Source: Candidatus Poribacteria bacterium | GTDB taxonomy: Bacteria; Poribacteria; WGA-4E; WGA-3G | Assembly (NCBI GenBank): GCA_965242965.1 | Contig: OZ251518.1 | Span: 1,824,001-1,888,000, forward strand | Direction: 5' to 3' | DNA length: 64,000 nucleotides | Shown: piece by piece, positions 38,060-48,302 of the stretch | Position numbering within the stretch: position 1 is the stretch's first letter | Layout of the letters: each line of letters starts with the position of its first letter | Notes under the pieces: model-generated | Told to the model about the DNA's origin: nothing | Seen by the model: only the letters and a program-made list of their open reading frames with translations | Databases searched by the model: none | Program-made: the position numbers and the translations under genes

Positions 38060-40087
38060 ATGAAATTCTCACAGATACCGAATCAACGCGGACTTGGGCT
38101 CTCAAGGCAGAACTGGAGACTTATCCATGTCGTCACCCTGATTCTCACCGCATGCGTCCTATTTTTCGCACCACACCGGATAGCAACCGCACAGACTGTC
38201 CATATTCCAGACCCGGCCCTCCGCAAGACTCTTGAGATGGCATTGGGTAAAGAGGCTGGGAGCGACATCACCCAGGCGGAGATGGCGAGTTTAACATCCC
38301 TTCAAGCCGGATGCCGCTTTTTGAAGTTGTCGGAAACGGGACTATGGGCGCGAGAACGGTGGATATGCCAATCTACCAATGATGCTTTTGAATCAGGCAT
38401 TCAAGATTTAACAGGCCTTGAGTTCGCTACCAATCTGATAGAGCTGCAGCTTGGCCTCAATCGGATATCGGATGTATCCGCGCTCAAGGATTTAACGAAC
38501 CTGACACATCTCGCTCTTGGCCGCAATCAGATATCGGATGTGTCACCGCTTGAAGAACTGACAAACTTGACACACCTCTCTCTCAGAGGCAATGGGATGT
38601 CGGACGTATCCCCACTCAGCACTTTGACAAATCTGATAGAACTGGATCTTCACGGCAATCAGATATCGGATGTGTCACCGCTTGAAGAACTGACAAACTT
38701 GACACACCTCTCTCTCAGAGAAAACGAAATCTCGGATGTGTCAGCACTCAAAGATATGACAAAATTGATAATGTTAGATCTTCAACTCAACGGGATATCG
38801 GATGTCTCCCCACTCAAAAATTTGACAAATCTGAGATACCTGGATATTGATAGCAATCAGATATCGGATGTGTCACCGCTCGACACTTTGACAGATCTGA
38901 GATACTTGGATATTTCCGACAACCAGATATCGGATGTGTCAGCACTCAAAGATATGACAAAATTGGCGGCAGTGCTGGATCTTGACGACAACCAGATATC
39001 GGATGTGTCAGCACTCAAAGATATGACAAATCTGAGGAGGCTAGACCTTGACGACAACCAGATATTAGACGTGTCACCGCTCAAAGATTTGACGAACCTG
39101 ACATGGCTAGATCTTGACGACAACCGGATATCAGATTTGTCACCGCTCGAAGATATGACAAACCTGACATACCTAGATCTTGATGGCAACCAGATATCGA
39201 ATCTATCCCCTCTCAGTTCCTTGATAAACCTGACAGAATTGGATCTTGATGGCAACAAGGTATCAGATCTGACACCACTGAGTGTTTTGACAAACCTGTC
39301 AGAGTTAGATCTTCACGAGAACCGGATATCGGATGTGTCACCACTTAGCACCTTGATAAATCTGTCAGTGCTCAAGCTTCACGAGAACCGGATATCGGAT
39401 TTCTCCCCGATTGCCGGATTGATACCTAATCTGGTAGAATACGATGACAGCAGCCAAACGTTTCCGCCTACCGAGGCGGAGGATGTCAACGGCGATAGCA
39501 TAGTGGACATCTTGGATCTGACGCTAGTCGCCTCGCGCTTGGGCCAGACAGGAACTACTGCCGCGGATGTGAATGGGGATGGGAGAGTCAACATTCAGGA
39601 TCTCGTCCTGGTTGCGGGTGCTTTAGGAACTGCGGCAGGCGCGCCTTCCGGAACTTATCGCGATTGGAAGGTTAGTCTTACAAAAGCAGATGTTCAGCAG
39701 TGGCTCAGCCAAGCCCAACAACTAGAGGCGACAAACCCCGCGTACCAGCGGGGCATTGCTGTGCTGGAACAACTTCTCGCAGCTTTGACACCCAAACAAA
39801 CGGTACTGCTGCCAAACTACCCCAATCCGTGCAATCCGGAGACATGGATACCGTATCAATTGGCACAATCCGCGGATGTCACGCTCACCATCTACGCGGC
39901 AAACGGGACAGTAGTGCGGACCTTGGCTGTGGGCAATAAGCCTGCCGGCCTCTATGAGAACCACAGCCGCGCAGTGTATTGGAATGGCAGAAATGAGGCG
40001 GGGGAACCTGTTGCCAGCGGCGTTTACTTCTATACCCTCACCGCCGATAACTTCACGGCTACCCGTAAAATGCTCATCCGAAAGTAA
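38060..40087 (+). CDS. Internalin-like leucine-rich-repeat protein with dockerin-like EF-hand pair and FlgD-Ig/T9SS-like C-terminal domain
   Basis: About 15 repeats of 22 aa (LTNLTxLxLxxNQISDVSPL); DVNGDSIVDILDL and DVNGDGRVNIQDL; NYPNPCNP...SGVYFY. Confidence 0.9.
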   Translation: MKFSQIPNQRGLGLSRQNWRLIHVVTLILTACVLFFAPHRIATAQTVHIPDPALRKTLEMALGKEAGSDITQAEMASLTSLQAGCRFLKLSETGLWARERWICQSTNDAFESGIQDLTGLEFATNLIELQLGLNRISDVSALKDLTNLTHLALGRNQISDVSPLEELTNLTHLSLRGNGMSDVSPLSTLTNLIELDLHGNQISDVSPLEELTNLTHLSLRENEISDVSALKDMTKLIMLDLQLNGISDVSPLKNLTNLRYLDIDSNQISDVSPLDTLTDLRYLDISDNQISDVSALKDMTKLAAVLDLDDNQISDVSALKDMTNLRRLDLDDNQILDVSPLKDLTNLTWLDLDDNRISDLSPLEDMTNLTYLDLDGNQISNLSPLSSLINLTELDLDGNKVSDLTPLSVLTNLSELDLHENRISDVSPLSTLINLSVLKLHENRISDFSPIAGLIPNLVEYDDSSQTFPPTEAEDVNGDSIVDILDLTLVASRLGQTGTTAADVNGDGRVNIQDLVLVAGALGTAAGAPSGTYRDWKVSLTKADVQQWLSQAQQLEATNPAYQRGIAVLEQLLAALTPKQTVLLPNYPNPCNPETWIPYQLAQSADVTLTIYAANGTVVRTLAVGNKPAGLYENHSRAVYWNGRNEAGEPVASGVYFYTLTADNFTATRKMLIRK

Positions 40088-40290
40088 TCTCCTGTGCCCG
40101 CTTGTAGGAGGCTCTTTGAGCACACCACTCAAAATGAAGCCAGAGCGAGCTCCCGCTAGCGATAGGAATCAGGATAACTTAGTCTGAATCTGGTGCGCTG
40201 CTTTGAAACAGGCGCACCACTCAGCAAACAACACGAATCACGGTAACTTCGTATAAAACCCGTTAAGGGCAACATGTTCGTAAATAAAAA

Positions 40291-42360
40291 ATGAAAAACG
40301 AATCGCGCCCGGTAGCACACACCTACAAACAGAAGAAGTTCTCACGTCCAGTGACGCGCCGTGACTTCCTCTCAACAGGGCTCAAGGTGGGAGCAGCTGC
40401 CTTTACGACAGGGCTGTTACCCCGCCTTAAGGGAGAGGCAGCCAGCCAATACAACGTGTTGTTCATCTTCGCCGATGACCTGCGTCCCTTGCTCGGATGC
40501 TATGGGCACCCAGAAATGCACACGCCGAACATTGATGCATTAGCCCAGCGCGGTACGCTATTTAACCGCGCCTATTGTCAATTTCCGGTGTGTAATCCCT
40601 CGCGAGCCTCTATCCTTACCGGGCTGCGGCCCGAGACAACCCGCGTGCTTGATAATTTTGCGGATTTTCGGCAGACTGTGCCGAGTGCTGTCACCCTACC
40701 CCAGCATTTCAAATCCCACGGATACCACACACGTTCCGTCGGTAAAATCGACCACGGGCTTCGCGCTTTAAAGGATGAAGCCTCCTGGAGCACCCCAATT
40801 TGGTGGCCAAGATGGAGACCTTATGAAGGCACCCCTTCTTGGCAAACTCTTGACGTTGCTGATGATGAACTCAGCGATGGAGAAACTGCAAAGCGAGCCG
40901 TAGAAGTCTTGGAGGAGATTCAGGATTCGACCTTTTTTCTTGCGGTAGGTTTTTACAAACCGCATATGCCCTTCAATGCTCCAACCCGATATTACGAATT
41001 GTATGATATAGAAACCTTTAAAGATGCCCCGTATGTAGCTCCCCCTGCTGGGCATGAAATACGGGTGTATTCAGATATTCCCGCCGGAAATACGCCGCTT
41101 TCTGAAGAGAAAACGTTAGAATTAATTCGGGCTTATGCTGCCTCAACAAGTTACGTGGACGCGCAAGTCGGACGGGTCCTCGCTCAACTGGACACGCTCG
41201 GGCTCACTGAAAAGACAGTCATCGCTTTCTGCGGTGACCACGGTTTTCATCTTGGGGAGCACGGTACATGGGGTAAGAGAACCGTCTTTGAGGTCGCGCT
41301 CCATTCACCATTGATACTGAGCATCCCTGGACACGCGCAGCCTGGCACCAAAACCAATGCTCTCGTTGAACTCGTTGACATCTACCCAACTTTGTGCGAC
41401 GCTTGCCAACTGCCTATTCCATCAGAACTTGAAGGAATAAGTATGATGCCGGTAATTGAGTCACCCACACGCCCATGGAAAACTGCCGCTTTTAGCCGAA
41501 TCGGGAAAGCAAATGGAAAACGCTCCATGCGCACCGAGCAGTACCGGTACACTGAGTGGGGCATCAATGCCGCGCTTGGTAAAGAACTATACGATTATCA
41601 AGCAGACCCGGGGGAAACTGTCAACATCGCGCATCATCCTGAAAACACGAACCTTGTCGCACGCCTCAGCGAACAACTCCGTGCTGGCTGGAAAGGTGCC
41701 CTCCCTGATAATCAGGAACAAGTCCCGGGGACACAAACCCTTCCGTGGGATGTAAACAATGATGGTGTCGTTGATATCCGAGATCTTATCCTCGTCGCCA
41801 ACAGTTTTGGGGAAGAAACACTTGCGTATCCCAAAGTAGACGCAAATCAAGATGGCACTGTTGACATCTTTGACCTGCTCATCGTTGCATCGCATTTCGG
41901 TGAGACCGGGAATTCCGCCTCCCCGCCGCAGGCAACGAAACTCCTGCCGCAACATGTCGACAGCGTCACAGAATGGCTCGCCGAGGCACGTACCGTTGAT
42001 GATGGCTCTACACTTCTCCGAAAGGGCATCGCTACCTTGGAGCATCTGCTATACACCACAGTGCCTACCGTGACATCTCTTTTGCCGAACTACCCCAACC
42101 CGTGCAATCCGGAGACATGGATACCTTACGATTTGGCGGAAGGTGCCGAAGTCTCTATCTATATCTATACCCAACGCGGTGAGACTGTGCGACGATTATC
42201 CCTCGGTTTTCAAACGGCAGGCGTTTATCGGAGTCGCGAGCGGGCAGCGTACTGGGATGGGCGCAATGCTACCGGTGAACCTATCTCAAGCGGTGTCTAT
42301 TTTTATTCCCTACACGCCGGCGGTGTTAAAGCAACGCGTCAGTTGGTAATTGTAAAATAG
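40291..42360 (+). CDS. Tat-exported Cys-type sulfatase (iduronate-2-sulfatase-like) with dockerin-like pair and FlgD/T9SS-like CTD
   Basis: TRRDFL Tat motif; DDLRP, CNPSR, GDHGFHLGEH; DVNNDG repeats; NYPNPCNP. Confidence 0.9.
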   Translation: MKNESRPVAHTYKQKKFSRPVTRRDFLSTGLKVGAAAFTTGLLPRLKGEAASQYNVLFIFADDLRPLLGCYGHPEMHTPNIDALAQRGTLFNRAYCQFPVCNPSRASILTGLRPETTRVLDNFADFRQTVPSAVTLPQHFKSHGYHTRSVGKIDHGLRALKDEASWSTPIWWPRWRPYEGTPSWQTLDVADDELSDGETAKRAVEVLEEIQDSTFFLAVGFYKPHMPFNAPTRYYELYDIETFKDAPYVAPPAGHEIRVYSDIPAGNTPLSEEKTLELIRAYAASTSYVDAQVGRVLAQLDTLGLTEKTVIAFCGDHGFHLGEHGTWGKRTVFEVALHSPLILSIPGHAQPGTKTNALVELVDIYPTLCDACQLPIPSELEGISMMPVIESPTRPWKTAAFSRIGKANGKRSMRTEQYRYTEWGINAALGKELYDYQADPGETVNIAHHPENTNLVARLSEQLRAGWKGALPDNQEQVPGTQTLPWDVNNDGVVDIRDLILVANSFGEETLAYPKVDANQDGTVDIFDLLIVASHFGETGNSASPPQATKLLPQHVDSVTEWLAEARTVDDGSTLLRKGIATLEHLLYTTVPTVTSLLPNYPNPCNPETWIPYDLAEGAEVSIYIYTQRGETVRRLSLGFQTAGVYRSRERAAYWDGRNATGEPISSGVYFYSLHAGGVKATRQLVIVK

Positions 42361-42369
42361 AGGAGACAA

Positions 42370-43998
42370 TTGATGAAAACAGAGTTGCAACAACAGGCGT
42401 TCTCACTTCCGTCCACTCGGCGCGACTTCCTCAAAACCAGTCTGAAAGCCGGTGCCGCTGTCTTCACGACAGGGCTGTTACCCCGCCTGCATGCGAGAGC
42501 CGCATCCTCTAACGTTTTGTTTATCTCTGTAGACGATTTGCGGCCGCTGCTCGGCTGTTATGGACACCCAGAGATGCACACCCCGAATATTGACGCACTC
42601 GCGGAACGCGGGACGCTCTTTAACCGCGCCTATTGCCAATTCCCGGTGTGTAACCCATCGCGGGCTTCCGTGCTGACAGGGCTGCGTCCGGACACCGTTG
42701 GAGTCTACGATAATCCCACCGATTTCCGTGAGGTGCTACCAGAAGTTGTGACGCTTCCACAGCATTTCAAGGCGCACGGTTATCATACACGCTCCGTCGG
42801 TAAAATCGCGCACGGTGCCGCTGCATGGAAGGATGAACTCTCCTGGAGCGCGCCGATCTGGCGGCAGCGGTGGAAAGCCATTGATAAATCCACATCTCCT
42901 TCTTGGCAGGCACTTGATGTCACGGACGATGAATTGGAAGATGGCAAAATTGCAAACGCGGCGATACAAGTCCTCAACGAAATAAAAGAGCAGCAGTTTT
43001 TCCTCGCCGTTGGGTTCAACAAACCGCATTTGCCCTTCTACGCCCCGAGCAAATACTTTGAGCACTATACGCTTCAAGACTTCAGATTGCCGGTGGATTC
43101 AACCCTGCCTCTCAATGCTCCAACTCTCGCATCCAATCCGAAATGGTTGAAGGCGTATCAGGACATTCCACACAACCCACCGCTCCCCGATGGATTGACA
43201 CTGGAATTGACTCGCGCTTATGCGGCAAACATTAGTTATGTAGACGCATTGGTAGGCCGCATTCTAACTCAGTTGGATACGCTTGGACTCGCGCAAAACA
43301 CCGCCATCGTTTTCTGGGGAGACCACGGGTTCCACCTCGGTGAACACGGCTGTTGGAGAAAGAATACCCTTTTTGAGGTGTCGCTTCGCTCACCGCTGAT
43401 TGTCAGCACGCCCGAACAAATCCCGCGCGCAGCCTCTAGCGACGCGCTCGTGGAACTCGTTGACATCTTCCCCACGTTGTGTGATATATGTCAACTCCCG
43501 GCTCCCGCTGAATTAGAGGGGAGCAGTCTGGTGCCCCTGTTTGAACAACCGACACAGCCCTGGAAACCAGCCGTTTTTAGCCAACTGAAAAGGGGAACGA
43601 TAAACGGATACTCCGTACGCACCGCTCGGTACCGATACACCGAATGGGGCGACGATGGCAGCAGCGGCAAAGAACTTTACGACTACCTGAACGAGCCAGA
43701 CGAAACAGAAAACATTGCACTACGCCAAGAAAACGCAGCACTTGTCGCACAACTCAGCGAACAACTCAAAGCGGGATGGCAACAGGCTATGCCAGGGGTG
43801 GAGGGATATGTCTCTGTGTCACAGGAGCTGCAAGGGGATGTGAACAACGATGGCGTTGTCAATATCCGCGACTTAGTGCAGGTATCCAACAAACTTGGAG
43901 AAGCCGGCGGCGCATCCGTTCCCGAGGATGTTAATCAAGATGGCGTTGTTGATATCCGAGATCTGGTGCGTGTCGCGAACCATTTCGGTAAACGGTAG
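42370..43998 (+). CDS. Tat-exported sulfatase paralog 2 with dockerin-like pair
   Basis: TRRDFL, CNPSR and DVNNDG/DVNQDG. Confidence 0.9.
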   Translation: MMKTELQQQAFSLPSTRRDFLKTSLKAGAAVFTTGLLPRLHARAASSNVLFISVDDLRPLLGCYGHPEMHTPNIDALAERGTLFNRAYCQFPVCNPSRASVLTGLRPDTVGVYDNPTDFREVLPEVVTLPQHFKAHGYHTRSVGKIAHGAAAWKDELSWSAPIWRQRWKAIDKSTSPSWQALDVTDDELEDGKIANAAIQVLNEIKEQQFFLAVGFNKPHLPFYAPSKYFEHYTLQDFRLPVDSTLPLNAPTLASNPKWLKAYQDIPHNPPLPDGLTLELTRAYAANISYVDALVGRILTQLDTLGLAQNTAIVFWGDHGFHLGEHGCWRKNTLFEVSLRSPLIVSTPEQIPRAASSDALVELVDIFPTLCDICQLPAPAELEGSSLVPLFEQPTQPWKPAVFSQLKRGTINGYSVRTARYRYTEWGDDGSSGKELYDYLNEPDETENIALRQENAALVAQLSEQLKAGWQQAMPGVEGYVSVSQELQGDVNNDGVVNIRDLVQVSNKLGEAGGASVPEDVNQDGVVDIRDLVRVANHFGKR

Positions 43999-44149
43999 CC
44001 GGTTAAAGTCTTCGCATGGCGAGGGAAACCCGCTCGCATGCGCGTGTGGCATGCGAGGGCCCTTGCCCTACGTAACATGAGGGCACTTTCGGAACAGGTT
44101 TTTTCCTTCTCCGAAAACGAACGCGTCAACTCGCAAGGAAAACATCTAA

Positions 44150-45721
44150 ATGTTCAAAGATACCAACCCCCGGCAACGCTCATTGACTCGGCGCGATTTT
44201 CTCGCAACGAGCCTGAAAGTCGGTGCAGCCGCTTTCACGACAGGGCTGTTGCCGCGCCTGCGCGCTAGAGCAGCCGGAGAATATAATGTGTTGTTCATCA
44301 TCGCCGATGATTTGCGCCCGATGCTTGGCTGCTATGGTTATCCCGAAATTTACACACCTAACATAGATAGGCTTGCCGCACGCGGTACGCTGTTCAATCG
44401 CGCCTATTGTCAGTACCCACTCTGTAATCCCTCTCGGGCTTCTATACTTACGGGATTGCGACCGGAGACAACGCGTGTGAACTCAAACGCCGCGAATTTT
44501 AGACAGACGGTACCCGAAGCAGTAGCACTCCCTGATTATTTCGCAGCACACGGGTATCATACCCAATCCATCGGGAAAATCGAACACATCAATCAACCGT
44601 TCAAGGGGGGGCCGTCTTGGAAAGCCCTTGACGTTGCCGATGATGAATTGGAGGATGGCAAAACTGCAAATAAAACTGTCGAAACTTTGCGGGCACTGAA
44701 GGAACAGCAGTTTTTCTTGGCAGTTGGCTTTGACAAACCGCATTTACCTTTCTGGGCTCCAAGGAAATATTACGAATTCTACAACTTGGAAGATGCACAC
44801 CGGAGTTTCCGCCTCCCCGCTACTTCAAGTTACCCCGAAAACTCGCCGGAGATAGCCCATAACAGTTTGGGACTATTCAGTCTGTACAGGGATATTCCCG
44901 CCGGAGATGGCCCGTTTTCTGATGAGCAAACGCTAGCATTAATTCGGGCCTACGCTGCATCCACAACTTATATGGATGCCCAAATCGGCCGCGTTCTAGA
45001 TCAACTTGACACGCTGGGCTTGACAGAAAAGACGGTTGTTGTTTTCTGTGGAGACCACGGTTTTCATCTGGGAGAACATGGAACTTGGAGGAAGAACACG
45101 CTTTTTGAGGTAGGAGTCCGTTCGCCGTTGATTATTAGCATGCCGGCCCAATCCCATCCCGGCACTAAAACCGACGGCCTCGTTGAACTCGTTGACATCT
45201 ATCCTACGCTGTGCGACGCGTGTCATCTGCCTATTCCGCAAACACTTGAAGGCACGAGCATGATGCCGCTGCTTGAAGAACCAACCCAGATATGGAAATC
45301 AGCCGCCTTTAGCAAAGTCGTCCGTGGCGGCCGTTCCATCCGAACAGCCCAATACCGATACACCGAATGGGGAAGTAACGGACGCAGAGGTAAGGAACTC
45401 TACGATTATTACAAAGATCCGCACGAAACGCGGAACATCGCGAATCTCCCTCAAAACGCCGAACTCATCGCGCATCTCAGTGAAAGACTCCGAGCCGGTT
45501 GGCAAAGGGCTGTGCCAGGGACAGAGGAAGATGTCCCTGTCCCACAGACGCAACCCGCGGATGTGAACAACGACGGTGCTGTCGATATTCGCGACTTGGT
45601 GCAGGTATCCAACGAACTTGGAAAAGCCGGCGGCGCATCCGTTCCCGAGGATGTAAATCAAGACGGCGTTGTTGATATCCGAGATCTGGTGCGCGTCGCG
45701 AACCATTTCGGTAAACAGTAG
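44150..45721 (+). CDS. Tat-exported sulfatase paralog 3 with dockerin-like pair
   Basis: TRRDFL, CNPSR and DVNNDG/DVNQDG. Confidence 0.9.
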   Translation: MFKDTNPRQRSLTRRDFLATSLKVGAAAFTTGLLPRLRARAAGEYNVLFIIADDLRPMLGCYGYPEIYTPNIDRLAARGTLFNRAYCQYPLCNPSRASILTGLRPETTRVNSNAANFRQTVPEAVALPDYFAAHGYHTQSIGKIEHINQPFKGGPSWKALDVADDELEDGKTANKTVETLRALKEQQFFLAVGFDKPHLPFWAPRKYYEFYNLEDAHRSFRLPATSSYPENSPEIAHNSLGLFSLYRDIPAGDGPFSDEQTLALIRAYAASTTYMDAQIGRVLDQLDTLGLTEKTVVVFCGDHGFHLGEHGTWRKNTLFEVGVRSPLIISMPAQSHPGTKTDGLVELVDIYPTLCDACHLPIPQTLEGTSMMPLLEEPTQIWKSAAFSKVVRGGRSIRTAQYRYTEWGSNGRRGKELYDYYKDPHETRNIANLPQNAELIAHLSERLRAGWQRAVPGTEEDVPVPQTQPADVNNDGAVDIRDLVQVSNELGKAGGASVPEDVNQDGVVDIRDLVRVANHFGKQ

Positions 45722-45751
45722 TTTCAGAGCAGCCGCTGAGGAAACATCTAC

Positions 45752-46010
45752 ATGCCAACAAACTCAAATTCATCGCAACGCCTACTCACTCGGCGCGATT
45801 TCATCTCAACAAGTCTGAAAGCCGGGGTTTCCGCCGCGTTCACGGGTATCAAACCTTCAGGAGCTCCTTATCGCGCAAGAGTTCGCAGGGGTGGAAACGC
45901 TTGAATATCCCCAGGCCGACGTGAATCAAGATGGCATTGTTGATGACGCTGATCTGCGCATTGCAGCCTCGCATCTCGGTGAAACTAGCAATAGACGCGG
46001 GCCGCGCTAA
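45752..46010 (+). pseudogene. Collapsed remnant of a fourth sulfatase paralog
   Basis: MPTNSNSSQRLLTRRDFISTSLKAG (Tat leader), then, in another frame, LEYPQADVNQDGIVDDADLRIAASHLGET (dockerin-like repeat); the catalytic domain is absent. Confidence 0.75.
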
Positions 46011-46031
46011 GGCAACGCGCCTTAATAAAAT

Positions 46032-46257
46032 CAGGGTGTTTCATAAATCGCTCAACGTCGCGGTGACAGGCCACCGCGATAGGCTAAAAAAAGGGAATTG
46101 TTCGATAGGCGCGCCGGGTCTCGAGGCACTCTTGGTAGGAGAGACCTCCCGGTCTCGATGCAATACCCCGTAGGAGAGACCTCCTGGTCTCGATGTTGTT
46201 TCGTATCGGGACAAGGATGTCCCTCCTACCGGGGAAAATGAGATATGAAACACCCTC
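46032..46257. mobile_element. MITE copy with near-perfect 8-bp target site duplication
   Basis: AATAAAAT-CAGGGTGTTTCATA...TATGAAACACCCTC-ACTAAAAT (7/8 match). Confidence 0.8.
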
Positions 46258-46278
46258 ACTAAAATAAGGAGGAAGAGA

Positions 46279-47985
46279 GTGCTCCGAAAGATGATGTTAC
46301 GGATTTTGTTAATCGTTGGAACTGCAGCGTGTATCGCGGCTTCACCAATTGTGGATGCCGCCTCGCTGCTTAACGTTCCGCTGAATCCGAATCTTTCCGA
46401 TTTTAATCGTGAAACCTATCGCTTTATTCATCGTTTATTAAATAAGAGAGTGTTGCCCGGCATTCCGCGCGGCTCGTTACCTCTCACGCGGAAACAGGTA
46501 GCATCGCTTCTCACCGAAGTTGCCCGGAAGCAAGAAAATGGCGAAGTCACGCTGAGCCCCAACGACTCAAAGCGGTTGCAGTCCCTGTTAGCGTTTTACT
46601 CGGATGCCGGCACCGGAGTGCCTTCCCACCGAAAAATGCACATTTTGACGTTCGAGGCGGATGATGAATCGCAGCAAGGAAAGGAAGAACCGAGTCAAGG
46701 AAGTCTCTCCTACAAGTTTTCGTTTGATTTACGGGCGAAACAGCGCGTCATCACCCGGTTGGTAGATAACGTGTCAGGAGAACCGCCGGTGGAAGGAACG
46801 ATGTTCGTCACCACGCCGTTGCCGCACCTCTATGGGCAAGTCGGCGAGGAATTCGCCTTCACTACGGATATGGCATACCGCTGGCTATACGGCGACTTTT
46901 TTAACGACATCTACCCCGACGAGTCAAAATATCGGCAATTGGAGGGGGAACGGGAAGGACAACTGAAAAATCGGGCGGCTACGAACAGCTACCTCAAATT
47001 CAGTCTCCCATGGTTTGAGATGCAATTTGGACAAGATAATCTCCGGTGGGGGCCGGGGTATCACGGCAACCTGCTCATCTCCGAAAACCCCATCGCGTGG
47101 GACATGCTCAAGTTGCAAGCGACTTACAAAAACGTCACGTTCACAGGATTTACCGGTGTGCTGGAAGATATGGCGGCGGACATCAACGAAAAATATATCT
47201 CTGGGCACAGAGCGGAGGGGTATTTTTGGGACAGGTTCGGCTTCGGGATTTCGGAAGTTGTCGTCTACGGAAACCGCTTTGAGCCGGGATATTTGAATCC
47301 TGTCAACATCTATCTGATTAACGAGCAGACAATTTCGCGTGCGGATAGTCGTGCCCCCGGCAGCGGCGATAATGTCCTCGCGAGTGTGGACATGCGGCTC
47401 AGAGTCGTGGATAATTTCGAGATATACGGCGAACTGATGCTTGACGATGGAGATCCGTTTGCTAGTTTCAAGCATTGGGATACCAAGTTTGGCATCCTCG
47501 GTGGCATCTACCTCACGGATGCGTTTGGCATTGCCGACACAGATTTTCACGCCGAATACGCCTTTATCAACCAATATGCCTATACGCACGAAAATCCTGT
47601 AAACGTTTACAAACATTTCACGTCTGCTATTGGGCATCACATCGGCACGGATGCGGATAACCTATGGGTGCAATTGCGCCGCCGGTGGACAGATAAACTG
47701 GAGTCCGTTTTCACGTATGATTTGGAACGGCACGGTTCAGGCGATATCAATAAACGGCATCCCGCCGATGCCCCTGCCGATGACGTGTGGACACCACTAT
47801 CGGGCATCACCGAGAGTGAGCATCGGTTGAAAGTGGGGGTTAACTGGGTTTCAATTGGGCACTATTCCCTCTATGCGGAGTGGGCGCGCATCTGGCGGCG
47901 CAACGTCGGCAATCGCCGAGATGTCCATGAAAGCGGCAACGAAATCCAAGCGAGTGTGCTGTATCGGTTTGAACCTTTCTGGTAA
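46279..47985 (+). CDS. Capsule assembly Wzi-family outer-membrane beta-barrel protein
   Basis: Signal peptide; WGPGYHGNLLIS, ISGHR, SEVVVYG, YGELMLDD and IGHHIG; aromatic C-terminus. Confidence 0.8.
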   Translation: MLRKMMLRILLIVGTAACIAASPIVDAASLLNVPLNPNLSDFNRETYRFIHRLLNKRVLPGIPRGSLPLTRKQVASLLTEVARKQENGEVTLSPNDSKRLQSLLAFYSDAGTGVPSHRKMHILTFEADDESQQGKEEPSQGSLSYKFSFDLRAKQRVITRLVDNVSGEPPVEGTMFVTTPLPHLYGQVGEEFAFTTDMAYRWLYGDFFNDIYPDESKYRQLEGEREGQLKNRAATNSYLKFSLPWFEMQFGQDNLRWGPGYHGNLLISENPIAWDMLKLQATYKNVTFTGFTGVLEDMAADINEKYISGHRAEGYFWDRFGFGISEVVVYGNRFEPGYLNPVNIYLINEQTISRADSRAPGSGDNVLASVDMRLRVVDNFEIYGELMLDDGDPFASFKHWDTKFGILGGIYLTDAFGIADTDFHAEYAFINQYAYTHENPVNVYKHFTSAIGHHIGTDADNLWVQLRRRWTDKLESVFTYDLERHGSGDINKRHPADAPADDVWTPLSGITESEHRLKVGVNWVSIGHYSLYAEWARIWRRNVGNRRDVHESGNEIQASVLYRFEPFW

Positions 47986-48048
47986 AACGCGGGCATTTTA
48001 AATGAAGTTTTAGCGTGCCTTATTCGTCTAAAAAAGCGAAAAACCGCA

Positions 48049-48236
48049 GTAGGAGAGCCCTCCCGGTCTCGATGCAATTATCGGGACAAGGATGTCCCGC
48101 CTACCGAGAAATAGGAGAGCCCTCCCGGTCTCGATGCAATTATCGGGACAAGGATGTCCCGCCTACCAAGAAAAATGAAATAGGAGAGCCCTCCCGGTCT
48201 CGATGCAATTATCGGGACAAGGATGTCCCGCCTACC
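48049..48236 (+). repeat. Three tandem REP doublets (REPIN-like)
   Basis: TAGGAGAGCCCTCCCGGTCTCGATGCAATTATCGGGACAAGGATGTCCCGCCTACC, three times. Confidence 0.9.
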
Positions 48237-48250
48237 GGGGAAAATGAAAT

Positions 48251-48279
48251 TTGACTTTTGCGCTAAAAGTGTGTATAAT
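48251..48279 (+). promoter_or_regulatory. sigma70 promoter
   Basis: TTGACT-17-TATAAT. Confidence 0.65.
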
Positions 48280-48302
48280 ATATAGTACCGAAGATTGAAC
48301 TA

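Noticed and set aside
38400-39410. 66-bp tandem DNA repeats as a possible DGR or array
   Set aside because: Explained by coding 22-aa LRR units; no reverse transcriptase or adenine-specific variation.
48049-48236. CRISPR-like array of three identical repeats
   Set aside because: The units are 56-bp REP doublets with only ~6-13-nt linkers, and no cas genes are present.
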